Positions 17,503 through 26,374 of a stretch of DNA of 60,118 nucleotides are shown here, piece after piece (positions within the stretch are counted from its first letter, which is position 1; every line of letters starts with the position of its first letter). This stretch comes from Solirubrobacteraceae bacterium (GTDB lineage: Bacteria; Actinomycetota; Thermoleophilia; Solirubrobacterales; Solirubrobacteraceae): positions 1-60,118 of the forward strand of contig DATJEE010000251.1 in assembly GCA_035496995.1 (NCBI GenBank), in the 5' to 3' direction. The position numbers and the translations under genes are program-made. The notes below the pieces were generated by a model. That model saw only the letters and a program-made list of their open reading frames with translations. It was not told the DNA's origin and made no database searches.

Positions 17503-18462
17503 TCAGCTGACCTCGGCCGGCGCCACGAGGCGCTCGACCTCGACCTCCGGCAGCAGCCGCTCGACCTTCTGCGGGTCGACGAGGCCGGCGCCGAGGCGCT
17601 GGACGGACTCCGCGCCGCAGGCGACGCCGTAGCGCAGGCACTCCGCCGCCGGCTTGTCGCCGTAGCGCGCGGCGACGTAGCCGGCGAGGAAGGCGTCGCC
17701 GGCGCCGACGGTCGCGACCGCCTCGCGCGGCTCGATGCGGACGCGGTAGAGGACGGCCTCGCCCTCGGTCACGACCGAGGCGAAGCAGCCGTCGGGGACG
17801 GTCATGATCGCCTCGACGGCACCGAGCGCGACCATCTCGCGCACGGCGATGACGCGGTCCTCGTCGTCGTTGAACTCGTGGCCGACGAGCTCCTCGGCCT
17901 CGAGCACGTTCGGCGAGACGACGTTCGGCGACGCGCGGACGGCGTGGCGCAGCGGGTCGCCGTCGGTGTCGATGACGACGACGAGCCCGAGCTTGCGCAG
18001 GTCCTTGATGAGGTCGGCGTAGACGTCGCTGGCGACGCCGCGCGGCAGCGAGCCGGCGAAGACGACGATCGCGGCGCCGCGCGCGAGGTACACCAGCTTG
18101 TCGTGGAAGAGCTCGAGCTCGCGCGCGCTGACCGCGGGGCCGCGCTCGTTGATCTCCGTCTGCTCGCCGTTGGTCGGGTCGAGCACTGCGGTGTTCGTGC
18201 GCGACTCCTCGCGGATGCGGACGAAGTCGTTGAGGATCGCCTCGTCGGTCAGCGCCTCGACGATCCGCGTGCCGGTCGCGCCGCCGGCGAAGCCGGTCGC
18301 GATCACCGGCTGGCCGAGCGTCTTCAGCGTCCGTGCGACGTTGACGCCCTTGCCGCCCGGGAGCGTCGTCTGCTCGACCGTCCGGTGCCGCCGCCCGAGG
18401 CGGAAGTTCGGAACCGACAAGGACTTGTCGATAGCCGCGTTGAGCGTGACGGTGATGATCAT
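17503..18462 (-). CDS. pfkB: PfkB-family sugar-phosphate kinase (1-phosphofructokinase / tagatose-6-phosphate kinase type)
   Basis: N-terminus MIITVTLNAAIDK...GGKGVNVA and C-terminal GAGDAF motif. ATGA overlap with the upstream gene. Confidence 0.85.
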   Translation of the reverse strand: MIITVTLNAAIDKSLSVPNFRLGRRHRTVEQTTLPGGKGVNVARTLKTLGQPVIATGFAGGATGTRIVEALTDEAILNDFVRIREESRTNTAVLDPTNGEQTEINERGPAVSARELELFHDKLVYLARGAAIVVFAGSLPRGVASDVYADLIKDLRKLGLVVVIDTDGDPLRHAVRASPNVVSPNVLEAEELVGHEFNDDEDRVIAVREMVALGAVEAIMTVPDGCFASVVTEGEAVLYRVRIEPREAVATVGAGDAFLAGYVAARYGDKPAAECLRYGVACGAESVQRLGAGLVDPQKVERLLPEVEVERLVAPAEVS

Positions 18463-19763
18463 GGAACCGCTGACTCTTCCCGGCGGCGAGCCCGCCGGTG
18501 CTCTGCGTCCAGCGCGCGCCTGCGGCGGATCGCCCGGCGGCGCAAGAGCAGGAGAGGGAGGCTACAGGCCAGCAGAAGGACGAGGGCGATGATCGTCTCC
18601 GCGCGCCCGAGCATGTCGTCCAGGCGCGTGCCGAGGCCGGCCTCCTCGACCGGCCGCGCCGTGACGACGGGCACCGTGCCGAGCACCTTCGTGCCCGCCC
18701 GGACGACCGCCGAGCCCAGGCGCGAGCCGCGCGGCAGCGGGCCGTCGACCTCCTGCGGCAGGCCGTTGACGGAGACGGTCGTACGCTCCCCGCGGCGCAG
18801 GACGCGCCGGACCGTCTGGCCGGCCACGACGTCGACGAACTCGCCCCCGCGGTAGCGCAGCGCAACGCGGCCGAGGACGCGGCCTTCGGGCAGCGGCGTC
18901 GCCGCGTGGTAGCTGTCCAGGCCGTAGCGCAGGAGCGCGAGCGAGTCGGTGTCGCGCGCGTGCTCGCTCGGCTCGCCGAGCACGACGCTGACGACCGTCA
19001 CGCCGCCGCGGCTCGCCGAGCCGACGAGGACGTTGCCCGCGCTGCCGGTGTGGCCCGTCTTGACGCCGTTGACGGCGCCGACACGCCGGACGAGCGTGTT
19101 GCGGTTGACGACCGTGCGGACGTGGGCACCGCTGCGCAGCGTCGCGCGCGGGAGATCGACCGTGCGGCGGAAGAACTCGAAGCGGCGCAGGCGGACCGCG
19201 AGCTTCGCGAGGTCGCGCGCGGACGAGTAGTTGTCGGGGTCGTCGAGGCCGACGGGGTTGCCGTAGTGCGTGTTCGTCAGCCCGAGCTGGCGCGCGCGGT
19301 TGTTCATCTCGCGGACGAAGGCGGACGTCGAGCCCATCGTGCCGACGGCGAGCGTCGCGGCGGCGTCGTTGGCGCTGGGCAGCAACGCCGCGCGCAGCAG
19401 GTCGCGGACGCTCATCCGCTCGCCCGCGACGAGCCCGATCTGCGACTCCGCGGTCCCGGCGTGGTAGTCGACGGCGCTGAAGATGTCGTCGAGGTCGTCG
19501 CGCTGCAGCGCGACGAGCACCGTCATGAGCTTCGTCGTCGACGCGATCGAGCGGTGCTGGTCGGCGTTGCGCTCGTAGAGGACGTCGCCCGTCGTCGCCT
19601 CCATGACGATCGCCGCCTTGGCGCCCGACAGGCGCGGCGGCCCGGACGACTGGGCGCCCGCCACGGGGGCGGCGGCGAGCACCGCGAGCACGGTGGCCAG
19701 GAGCAGGCGGCGGACACTCACCGCTCGTGAGGATACGAGGCGCGGGCTGTCGCCGAGCCTCAT
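18459..19763 (-). CDS. D-alanyl-D-alanine carboxypeptidase (serine peptidase S11, PBP5-like) with C-terminal membrane anchor
   Basis: Active-site SxxK (IASTTKLMT), SxN (LLPSANDAA), KTG (GVKTGHT). Signal-like N-terminus. ATGA overlap with the pyrF stop supports ATG 19763. Confidence 0.85.
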   Translation of the reverse strand: MRLGDSPRLVSSRAVSVRRLLLATVLAVLAAAPVAGAQSSGPPRLSGAKAAIVMEATTGDVLYERNADQHRSIASTTKLMTVLVALQRDDLDDIFSAVDYHAGTAESQIGLVAGERMSVRDLLRAALLPSANDAAATLAVGTMGSTSAFVREMNNRARQLGLTNTHYGNPVGLDDPDNYSSARDLAKLAVRLRRFEFFRRTVDLPRATLRSGAHVRTVVNRNTLVRRVGAVNGVKTGHTGSAGNVLVGSASRGGVTVVSVVLGEPSEHARDTDSLALLRYGLDSYHAATPLPEGRVLGRVALRYRGGEFVDVVAGQTVRRVLRRGERTTVSVNGLPQEVDGPLPRGSRLGSAVVRAGTKVLGTVPVVTARPVEEAGLGTRLDDMLGRAETIIALVLLLACSLPLLLLRRRAIRRRRALDAEHRRARRREESAVP

Positions 19764-20674
19764 GACAGCGCCCAGGCGCCGTCGCGCAGACGCTCGGCCT
19801 CGGCACGCGCCGCCGCGGCCGGCGAGCCGCCGCCGGACTCGTGGGCGTTGGCGATCGAGCGCGAGGCGCTGACGAGCCCGCCGGCGCGGCCCGCCGCCCA
19901 CGCCGGGGCGAGATCCTCGACGCGCCCGCCCTGCGCGCCGATGCCCGGCAGCAGGAACGGCGTGCGCGGCATGAGCTCGCGCATGCGGGCGACGTGGCGC
20001 GGCTCGGTGGCGCCGACGACGGCGCCGATGTCCGCGAGTGCGCCCGGCGGGGTGGGCGGGCCGGTGTCCCCGAGCTCGGCGACGATCCGCGCCAGGCGCT
20101 CCCAGACGCTGCCGCCGGACGCGAGCTCGAGGTCCTCGACGTCGGCCGCGCCGGGGTTCGACGTGCGCACGAGCACGAAGACGCCCGCGCCGGCCGCGCG
20201 CGCACCGTCGACGAGCGGCGCGAGCGAGTCGATCCCCATGAGCGGGTTGGCCGTGAACGCGTCGGCCCCGAGGCCCTCGGCCGCGCCGAACGGCGTCGGC
20301 GTGCTGCCGACGAGCGCCTGGGCGTAGGCCGCGGCGGACACGGAGATGTCCCCGCGCTTGCCGTCGGCGAGCACGAGCAGGCCCGCGGCGCGGGCGTGTT
20401 GCACCGTCGCGGCGAGCGCCGCCCAGCCGTCGGCGCCGAGGCGCTCGAAGCACGCGAGCTGCGGCTTGACGGCGACGCAGGCGGGACCGGCGGCGTCGAT
20501 CAGCGCCGCGCAGTGGGCGCGGACGGCGGCCGCCGCGCGGCGGGCTGGCGGGCCGTCGGCGGGTGCCTGCGCGACCGCCTCGGGCCACAGCCGCGCGGGG
20601 TCCGGATCCAGACCGAGGACGATCTGCGACTCCCGCGCTTCGACGAGGCCGGCGAGCCGGTCGGCGAACGTCAC
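19760..20674 (-). CDS. pyrF: orotidine 5'-phosphate decarboxylase, type 2
   Basis: Motifs LGLDPD, VKPQLACFE and LADGKRGDI are typical of long-form PyrF. Confidence 0.9.
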   Translation of the reverse strand: MTFADRLAGLVEARESQIVLGLDPDPARLWPEAVAQAPADGPPARRAAAAVRAHCAALIDAAGPACVAVKPQLACFERLGADGWAALAATVQHARAAGLLVLADGKRGDISVSAAAYAQALVGSTPTPFGAAEGLGADAFTANPLMGIDSLAPLVDGARAAGAGVFVLVRTSNPGAADVEDLELASGGSVWERLARIVAELGDTGPPTPPGALADIGAVVGATEPRHVARMRELMPRTPFLLPGIGAQGGRVEDLAPAWAAGRAGGLVSASRSIANAHESGGGSPAAAARAEAERLRDGAWALS

Positions 20675-20695
20675 GGGGCTACGGCTTGGGCTGCG

Positions 20696-20971
20696 TCACG
20701 CGCGGACGGCGTTCTTGAGGTTCGAGCCGGCGGTGAACCGCGGGACGCGCGTTGCGGGGATCTGGATCGGGTCGCCGGTGCGCGGGTGCACGCCCTGGCG
20801 CGCGCCGCGCTCGGTCACGCTGAACTTCCCGAAGCCCGCGAGGGAGACCTCGCCCCCGCGGCCGAGGACGTCCTCGACGGCGCTGAGGGCGGCTTCGATG
20901 GCTTCGGCGGACTGCTTGCGCGTGAGGCCCGTGCGAGCCGCGATCGCGTCGACGAGCTGGGACTTCGTCAC
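20696..20971 (-). CDS. hup: HU family nucleoid-associated DNA-binding protein
   Basis: Classic HU sequence MTKSQLVDAIA...GFGKFSVTERGARQGVHPRTGDPIQIPA. Confidence 0.92.
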   Translation of the reverse strand: MTKSQLVDAIAARTGLTRKQSAEAIEAALSAVEDVLGRGGEVSLAGFGKFSVTERGARQGVHPRTGDPIQIPATRVPRFTAGSNLKNAVRA

Positions 20972-21049
20972 TGCGGTTGCTCCTCGTGCAGTGGGTACAA
21001 GATCGCCACGACGCTACCAGCGCGACCGGACCGGACGCGATCGGGGAGG

Positions 21050-21199
21050 ATGACCGGCGTGCCGCTCCAACGCATCGCCTGGCTCGTGACGGTCGCGGCC
21101 GCGCTCATCACCGCGCTGCTGCTGTTCGTCTCGGGCTACAACGGCTATGGCGCGCTCGCGATCGCCGTGGGCCTGTCGGCCGCGATCAACCTGCGCTGA
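21050..21199 (+). CDS. candidate 49-aa two-helix membrane protein
   Basis: GGGGAGG lies immediately upstream of ATG 21050. The product is hydrophobic (IAWLVTVAAALITALLLFVSGYNGYGALAIAVGLSAAINLR). It is small and therefore uncertain. Confidence 0.4.
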   Translation: MTGVPLQRIAWLVTVAAALITALLLFVSGYNGYGALAIAVGLSAAINLR

Positions 21200-21230
21200 G
21201 CCCGGCGATCAACCTGCGCTGAGCCCGGCG
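21182..21230 (+). repeat. perfect 23-nt tandem duplication (GCGATCAACCTGCGCTGAGCCCG x2 plus 3 nt)
   Basis: Read directly: unit 1 is 21182-21204, unit 2 is 21205-21227, and a partial third unit is 21228-21230. Unit 1 contains the stop codon of the small ORF. Confidence 0.9.
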
Positions 21231-21235
21231 GGCGG

Positions 21236-21436
21236 CTACGCCGCGACGGCGATCTGGCGGTCCGGCGTGACGGCGCCGGTCCAGTCGAAGCGCGTGAGCT
21301 CGATCGCGTGTCCCGAGCGGCGCGTCTCGACGATCAGGCCCCAGGCCTTGTGATGCACGACGAGCTGCGCGTCGCGGTGGCGCCGGCGCAGCCGCATGAT
21401 CTCCCGCGTCTGGTCGATCGTGAGCTCCGGTGCCAT
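21236..21436 (-). CDS. small hypothetical protein (start uncertain; ORF extends to 21571)
   Basis: Frame with G/C-rich third positions. Product MAPELTIDQTREIMRLRRRHRDAQLVVHHKAWGLIVETRRSGHAIELTRFDWTGAVTPDRQIAVAA. No family recognised. Confidence 0.3.
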   Translation of the reverse strand: MAPELTIDQTREIMRLRRRHRDAQLVVHHKAWGLIVETRRSGHAIELTRFDWTGAVTPDRQIAVAA

Positions 21437-21583
21437 GTCATCACCATCGCACTCTGGCGGGGGCGCGGACATGGGGACAGCCCGTCGATCGGGGTGCGGG
21501 TAACCGCACCTCTGCGCGTGGTTGTCCGCAGTGTCCATAACCGCCGTATCGGTCGCCCGGCGCGGCGACATGAGCGCGTCAGA

Positions 21584-22168
21584 TCAGCGGTAGGCGGCCT
21601 TCGGCGAGCGGTCGTCGGAGAGCGATTCGCGCGAGCGCGTGACGAGCGCCTCGATCGCGTCCGCCAGATGCTCGCGGTCGATGTTGTAGTCGTCGCGCGC
21701 GACGCGGATGCGGTGCGCCTCGAGCAGCACGTCGGCGTGCGTGTGGCCGGCGGGCGGCTCGAAGCGGTAGGAGGCGAGCTCGATGAGCAGCCCGAGCGGG
21801 TCCGTGAAGTAGATCGAGTCCATGAAGCCGCGGTCCTTCAGGCCGCTGTGGGCGATCCCGCGCTCGTCGAGGCGCTCGACGGTCTGCGCGAAGGTCGCCT
21901 GCGAGATCGCGAACGCGAGGTGGTGCACGCAGCCGGGATCGGTCGCGGTGCGCTCGGGATCGGCGACACGATCCTCCTTCGTGAAGATCGTGATGAGGCG
22001 CCCGTCGCCGGGATCGAAGTACAGGTGGCTCTCGGACGGCCGGTCGAGGTTGGGCTGCTCGAAGACGAAGGGCATCCCGAGCACGCCCTCCCAGAAGTCG
22101 ATCGAGGTCTGCCGATCGGCGCCGACGATCGTGATGTGGTGAACGCCCTGGCTCTGGAGCTTGCGCAT
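21584..22168 (-). CDS. VOC (glyoxalase/bleomycin resistance/extradiol dioxygenase) family protein
   Basis: VOC pattern: GVHHITIVGADRQTSIDFWEGVLGMPF ... VHHLAF ... DSIYFTDPLGLLIEL. Confidence 0.85.
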   Translation of the reverse strand: MRKLQSQGVHHITIVGADRQTSIDFWEGVLGMPFVFEQPNLDRPSESHLYFDPGDGRLITIFTKEDRVADPERTATDPGCVHHLAFAISQATFAQTVERLDERGIAHSGLKDRGFMDSIYFTDPLGLLIELASYRFEPPAGHTHADVLLEAHRIRVARDDYNIDREHLADAIEALVTRSRESLSDDRSPKAAYR

Positions 22169-22244
22169 GACGCGTAGCGTCTCAGCAGCTCGGACACGCG
22201 TCCAGTGGGCACCGCGCCCGCGCGACCGCGGGCGGGCACGACCG

Positions 22245-23186
22245 TCAGCGCGCGCGGATCTCCGTGCCGGGGTGGACGCTGCCCTCGGGCTCGAGGTGGA
22301 TCAGCACGTCCGCGCCGCGCAGGCGCGCGCGGATCGCGTCCTGCAGCGCGTGGGCCGTGGCGTGGGCGGCCTCGAGCGTCGTGCCCGCCCGGAACTGCAC
22401 GTGGAGGTCGACGTAGCGCCGCGAGCCCGCGCGGCGCGCGCGCAGCTTGTGATAGCCGCAGACGCCGCGCGGGCCGAATTCGGCGATCGCGTCGCGGACG
22501 GCGTCGAGCTCCTCCGGCGGCAGCGCCTCGTCGACGAGGACGCGCGAGGCGCGCATGAGCAGCCGGACGCCCGCCGTGACGATCGCGACGGCGACGACGA
22601 GCGCGATGACGGGGTCCAGCCACGTCGCGCCGGTGACCTGGACGAGGATGAGCCCGACGAGGACGGCGCAGGAGGTCGCGGCGTCCGTGCGCAGGTGGGC
22701 GGCGTCGCCCTCGAGCGCCGGGGAGTCCGTCTCCCGCGCGCGCCTGGCGAGCCGGCTCGACACGGCGACGTTCACGACGACGGAGATCGCGATGATCGCG
22801 ATGCCGACCCCGAGCGAGCCGACGTCCGTGTGCGCCGTCGACAGGCGCCGCACGGACTCGAAGACGATGACGCCGGACCCGACGAGGATGAGCAGCGCCT
22901 CGATCGCCGCCGCGAGGTTCTCGAACTTGTCGTGCCCGTAGGGGTGCGTGTCGTCGGCCGGCTTCTCGGCCTGGCGCACCGAGACGAACGCGACGATCGA
23001 CGCGATGAGGTCGACCGACGAGTGCATCGCCTCGGTGATGATCGCGACCGAGCCGGTGATCGCGCCGGCGGCGAGCTTCAGCGCGATGAGCGCGCAGTTG
23101 GACGCGATCGACAGCGCCGCCGTCCGCGACTTGCCGGCGCCGCGGCCGCTGACCTGCGCCCCGATCAGCGGGCCGGCGGCCTTCAC
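22245..23186 (-). CDS. cation diffusion facilitator (CDF) family metal efflux transporter
   Basis: CDF signature HSSVDLIASIVAFVS...THPYGHDKFE, six TM helices, and a C-terminal cytoplasmic domain. Confidence 0.88.
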   Translation of the reverse strand: MKAAGPLIGAQVSGRGAGKSRTAALSIASNCALIALKLAAGAITGSVAIITEAMHSSVDLIASIVAFVSVRQAEKPADDTHPYGHDKFENLAAAIEALLILVGSGVIVFESVRRLSTAHTDVGSLGVGIAIIAISVVVNVAVSSRLARRARETDSPALEGDAAHLRTDAATSCAVLVGLILVQVTGATWLDPVIALVVAVAIVTAGVRLLMRASRVLVDEALPPEELDAVRDAIAEFGPRGVCGYHKLRARRAGSRRYVDLHVQFRAGTTLEAAHATAHALQDAIRARLRGADVLIHLEPEGSVHPGTEIRAR

Positions 23187-23752
23187 GGCTGCAGGTGCCG
23201 CGCGAGCAGCGTGGAGGCCGCGCGGCCGCGGTGGCTGATGGCGTCCTTCTCGGCGGGGTCGAGCTGCGCCATCGTGCGGCCGTCGGTGATGTCGTCGGGG
23301 AGGAAGGCGGGGTCGTAGCCGAAGCCGCCGTCGCCGCGCGGCGCGGCGGCCAGCGTGCCGGTGCAGCGCGCCTCGACGGCGTGCTCGGCGCCGTCGGCAT
23401 CGATGTAGGCGAGCGCGCAGACGTACGCGAGCGCGCTGCCCGCGGGCGCCTCGCGCAGGAGCTTGGCGAGGTTCTCCTCGTCGGTCGCGTCCTCGCCGGC
23501 GTAGCGCGCGGAGCGCACGCCGGGGGCGCCGCCGAGCGCCGCGGCCTCGATGCCCGAGTCGTCGGCGACCGCCGGCAGCCCGGTCGCCGCCGCGGCGGCC
23601 CGCGCCTTGTCGAGCGCGTTGGCGGCGAACGTGTCGCCGGTCTCGGGCGGGAGCGTGACGTCGCCGGGGAGCGCGACGATCTCGTGCGGCGCCAGCAGCG
23701 CCGCGAACTCGCGGGCCTTGTGCGGGTTACGGGTCGCGAGGACGAGCCTCAC
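23183..23752 (-). CDS. rdgB: non-canonical purine NTP pyrophosphatase (RdgB/HAM1 family)
   Basis: MRLVLATRNPHKAREF..., FGYDP motif, and the conserved position after rph. Confidence 0.9.
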   Translation of the reverse strand: MRLVLATRNPHKAREFAALLAPHEIVALPGDVTLPPETGDTFAANALDKARAAAAATGLPAVADDSGIEAAALGGAPGVRSARYAGEDATDEENLAKLLREAPAGSALAYVCALAYIDADGAEHAVEARCTGTLAAAPRGDGGFGYDPAFLPDDITDGRTMAQLDPAEKDAISHRGRAASTLLARHLQP

Positions 23753-23758
23753 GCCGGG

Positions 23759-24487
23759 TCACGCCACCGCGCGCGCCTGGACGGCGCGCAGCTGCTCGAT
23801 CCCACCCGCCGCGAGCGCGAGCAGCTCGTCGAGGTGCGCGCGCGAGAGCGGGGTCCGCTCGGCCGTCGCCTGGACCTCGATGAGGCCGCCCTCGCCGGTC
23901 ATGACGACGTTCGCGTCGACCTCGGCCGTCGAGTCCTCGGAGTAGTCGAGGTCGAGCAGCGGCACGCCGCCGACGACGCCGGCCGAGATCGCGGCGACGG
24001 TGCCGGTCAGCGGCGAGGCGCCGAGCCTGCCCTCGGCGACGAGGCGCCGGCAGGCGAGGTCGAGCGCGACGAAGGCGCCGGTGATCGACGCGCAGCGCGT
24101 GCCGCCGTCGGCCGTGAGGACGTCGCAGTCGAGGTAGACCGTGCGCTCGCCGAGCGCCGCGAAGTCGATGACGCCGCGCAGCGAGCGGCCGATCAGGCGC
24201 TGGATCTCGACCGTGCGCCCGTCGGGGCGCCCCTTCGTGACGTCGCGCGGCTTGCGGTCGCCGGTCGACGCGGGCAGCATCCCGTACTCGGCCGTCGCCC
24301 AGCCGCGGCCCTTGCCGGCCATCCACTTCGGGACGCTCTCCTGGATCGAGGCGGTGCAGATGACGCGCGTCTCGCCCTGCGTGATGAGCGCCGAGCCGGT
24401 CGCGGGCTTGACGAAGTGCGGCTCGATCGTCGTCGGGCGGATCTCGTGCGCGGCGCGGTCGTAGGAGCGAGACAGGGCGGTGGTCAT
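23759..24487 (-). CDS. rph: ribonuclease PH
   Basis: GSALITQGETRVICTAS...GWATAEYGMLPAST...RLIGRSLR. ATGA overlap with the murI stop. Confidence 0.92.
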   Translation of the reverse strand: MTTALSRSYDRAAHEIRPTTIEPHFVKPATGSALITQGETRVICTASIQESVPKWMAGKGRGWATAEYGMLPASTGDRKPRDVTKGRPDGRTVEIQRLIGRSLRGVIDFAALGERTVYLDCDVLTADGGTRCASITGAFVALDLACRRLVAEGRLGASPLTGTVAAISAGVVGGVPLLDLDYSEDSTAEVDANVVMTGEGGLIEVQATAERTPLSRAHLDELLALAAGGIEQLRAVQARAVA

Positions 24488-25332
24488 GTGATGGTCTCCA
24501 GTGCGACGAGGTCGACGTGGTCTACCGCGCCCATCGGCAGCTGCAAGAAGCGCGAGCCGATCTCGGCGAACGCCCGGGCGTCGCCGGTGCACAGGAAGCT
24601 GTAGCGGCCCTCGCCGGTGCGGATCGCCGCGAGGTCGCGGAGCGCGAGCGCGTGCTCGACGCGGCGGGCGATCGCGGTGCCCGACGTGATGATCGTCACC
24701 TGTGGGCCGAGCAGGCGCTGCAGCAACGCGCGGACGAAGGGGTAGTGCGTGCAGCCGAGGATCGCCGTGTCGACGCCCGCGGCGCGCAGTGGGGCGCAGT
24801 AGCCGCGGGCGAGCTCGACGTCGGCCTCGGTGATCGGGGCGCCGTTCTGCGAGATCTGCGCGAGCTCGCCGCAGGGGACGCTCGTGAGCCGCACGAGCGG
24901 ATCGGCGGTGAGGATCGCGCGCTCGTAGGCGCCGCTGGCGACGGTCGCCGGCGTGGCGAGCACGCCGATGCGCCCGTTGTGCGTCTTGGCGACGGCGAGG
25001 TTGGACTCCGGCCCGACGACGCCGATGACGTCGACGGCATGCCCGCCCTCGGCCACGTGGGCCACGATCTCCGGCAGGGCGCTGGACGTCGCCGAGTTGC
25101 AGGCGACGACGATGAGCTTCGCCCCGCGCTCGAGCAGGACGTCGGCGATCTGGCGGCTGAAGCCCTGCAGCTCGGCCGGCGTGCGGTCGCCATACGGAAA
25201 GCGCGCCGAGTCGCCGAGGTAGAGGAAGTCCTCCTGCGGCAGTGCGACGAGCAGCTCGTGCAGGACGGTCAGGCCGCCGACGCCGGAGTCGAAGACGCCG
25301 ATCGGGGCGCTGCGCTGGGGAGCGGGGGGCAC
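24484..25332 (-). CDS. murI: glutamate racemase
   Basis: IGVFDSGVGGLTVL, VVACNSATS and LGCTHYP motifs. GTG 25332 is chosen as the first plausible start before the conserved N-terminus. Confidence 0.9.
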   Translation of the reverse strand: MPPAPQRSAPIGVFDSGVGGLTVLHELLVALPQEDFLYLGDSARFPYGDRTPAELQGFSRQIADVLLERGAKLIVVACNSATSSALPEIVAHVAEGGHAVDVIGVVGPESNLAVAKTHNGRIGVLATPATVASGAYERAILTADPLVRLTSVPCGELAQISQNGAPITEADVELARGYCAPLRAAGVDTAILGCTHYPFVRALLQRLLGPQVTIITSGTAIARRVEHALALRDLAAIRTGEGRYSFLCTGDARAFAEIGSRFLQLPMGAVDHVDLVALETIT

Positions 25333-25375
25333 GTGGGTGATGTTCGCAGAGGGGCTGCGTGGAGCGGTCCGGAGC

Positions 25376-25804
25376 TCACGCTGCGAGGCACTGGACAGGC
25401 TGCCCGGTGATCTCGGCGATGAGCTCGAAGTGCTTGTCGTGATGGAGCACGACGAGGCCGGCGGTCTCCGCCGTCGCAGCGATGATGAGGTCCGGGACCG
25501 ACGGTGCGCGATGGTGTCCGTGGTCGGCCAGCAGGCGGAGCACCTGCACGGCGCGATCCTCAGCGGTCGGTGTGGCGTATTGCACCGGCATCGAGCCGAC
25601 CGGCGGCCCCTGCAGGCCCGTATGCAGATCGCGTGCGTCGCGGGCCGAGCAGCCGACCTCGAGCAGCGTGACGGTGGCGATGTGCACGAGCCCCCGCTGG
25701 ATGCGATCGGCCCAGATCGCGGACTCGGCACAGGCGCCGAGGCGGACGAGCGCGGACTTGTCGATCAACCACTGCATGTCCCCTGCGGCGTTCGTCACGA
25801 CCAC
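25376..25804 (-). CDS. vapC: PIN-domain ribonuclease toxin (VapC-like)
   Basis: Acidic PIN residues in the expected order (LIDKSA, TLLEV, DLIIAATA, HHDKHF). It overlaps the upstream antitoxin gene. The start may be the internal ATG 25777. Confidence 0.8.
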   Translation of the reverse strand: MVVTNAAGDMQWLIDKSALVRLGACAESAIWADRIQRGLVHIATVTLLEVGCSARDARDLHTGLQGPPVGSMPVQYATPTAEDRAVQVLRLLADHGHHRAPSVPDLIIAATAETAGLVVLHHDKHFELIAEITGQPVQCLAA

Positions 25805-26016
25805 GCCCGGCGCATGACCTCGGGATCGCCGAGGTCCGCGAACCGTGCGCTGAACGCCCGCAGGTCATCGGCTGTCACCGCCCCGGTGGGGCGAGCGGCG
25901 TCCTGATGCAGCCGACGGCGCAGGTACTCCGATCGCGACAGGCCCAGGCGCGCCGCGTGCGCGTCGATACGGGCGAGATCCTCGGGGGGCACGTCACGGA
26001 TCAGGATGTCGGGCAC
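25795..26016 (-). CDS. vapB: ribbon-helix-helix antitoxin (VapB/FitA-like)
   Basis: MPDILIRDVPPEDLARIDAHAARLGLSRSEYLRRRL is a typical RHH N-terminus. It lies immediately upstream of, and overlapping, the PIN gene. Confidence 0.75.
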   Translation of the reverse strand: MPDILIRDVPPEDLARIDAHAARLGLSRSEYLRRRLHQDAARPTGAVTADDLRAFSARFADLGDPEVMRRAWS

Positions 26017-26063
26017 ACTGCGATGATATCAACCGATATCAGCTCGTTCGATGTGGCTCGCGC

Positions 26064-26291
26064 CTACTCCGAGCCCACGGCCTCGATCGTGTCCTTGAGC
26101 TTGCCGGCGATCGACTTCGCGAGGCCCTCGCCGTCGATCACCCCGGCGGCGGTGACGACGCCGCCGAGCAGCGCGGCCAGCATGAGCATGAGACCGACGT
26201 ACTCGACGGTCCCCTGTCCGGCCTCGTCGTGCAGCAGCCGTGCGAGGCGTGCGAGGCGTGCGTGGATCCGGCCCATCGTGCGATACGGCAT
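26064..26291 (-). CDS. Flp/Fap-type (type IVb) prepilin-like protein, orphan
   Basis: GGAGG lies 6 nt upstream of ATG 26291. Flp motif GQGTVEYVGLMLMLAALLGGVV (G/xxxxEY followed by a hydrophobic helix). Confidence 0.6.
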   Translation of the reverse strand: MPYRTMGRIHARLARLARLLHDEAGQGTVEYVGLMLMLAALLGGVVTAAGVIDGEGLAKSIAGKLKDTIEAVGSE

Positions 26292-26374
26292 GTTCGGCCT
26301 CCGGGGTGAGGTTTGGCGGGTGACCCCGATGCTGCGGACCGGCGCGTGACCGAACAACACGCGTTTGCAACAAG

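Noticed and set aside
18459-20588. The single 709-aa ORF, together with 45866-47446, 51661-53922, 24484-25731, 36132-37517 and 2137-3855, taken at face value as long proteins.
   Set aside because: In each case only the C-terminal part shows a real protein signature. The N-terminal extension is an off-frame read-through of the neighbouring gene. Starts were moved to internal codons supported by an RBS, a signal peptide or ATGA-type overlaps.
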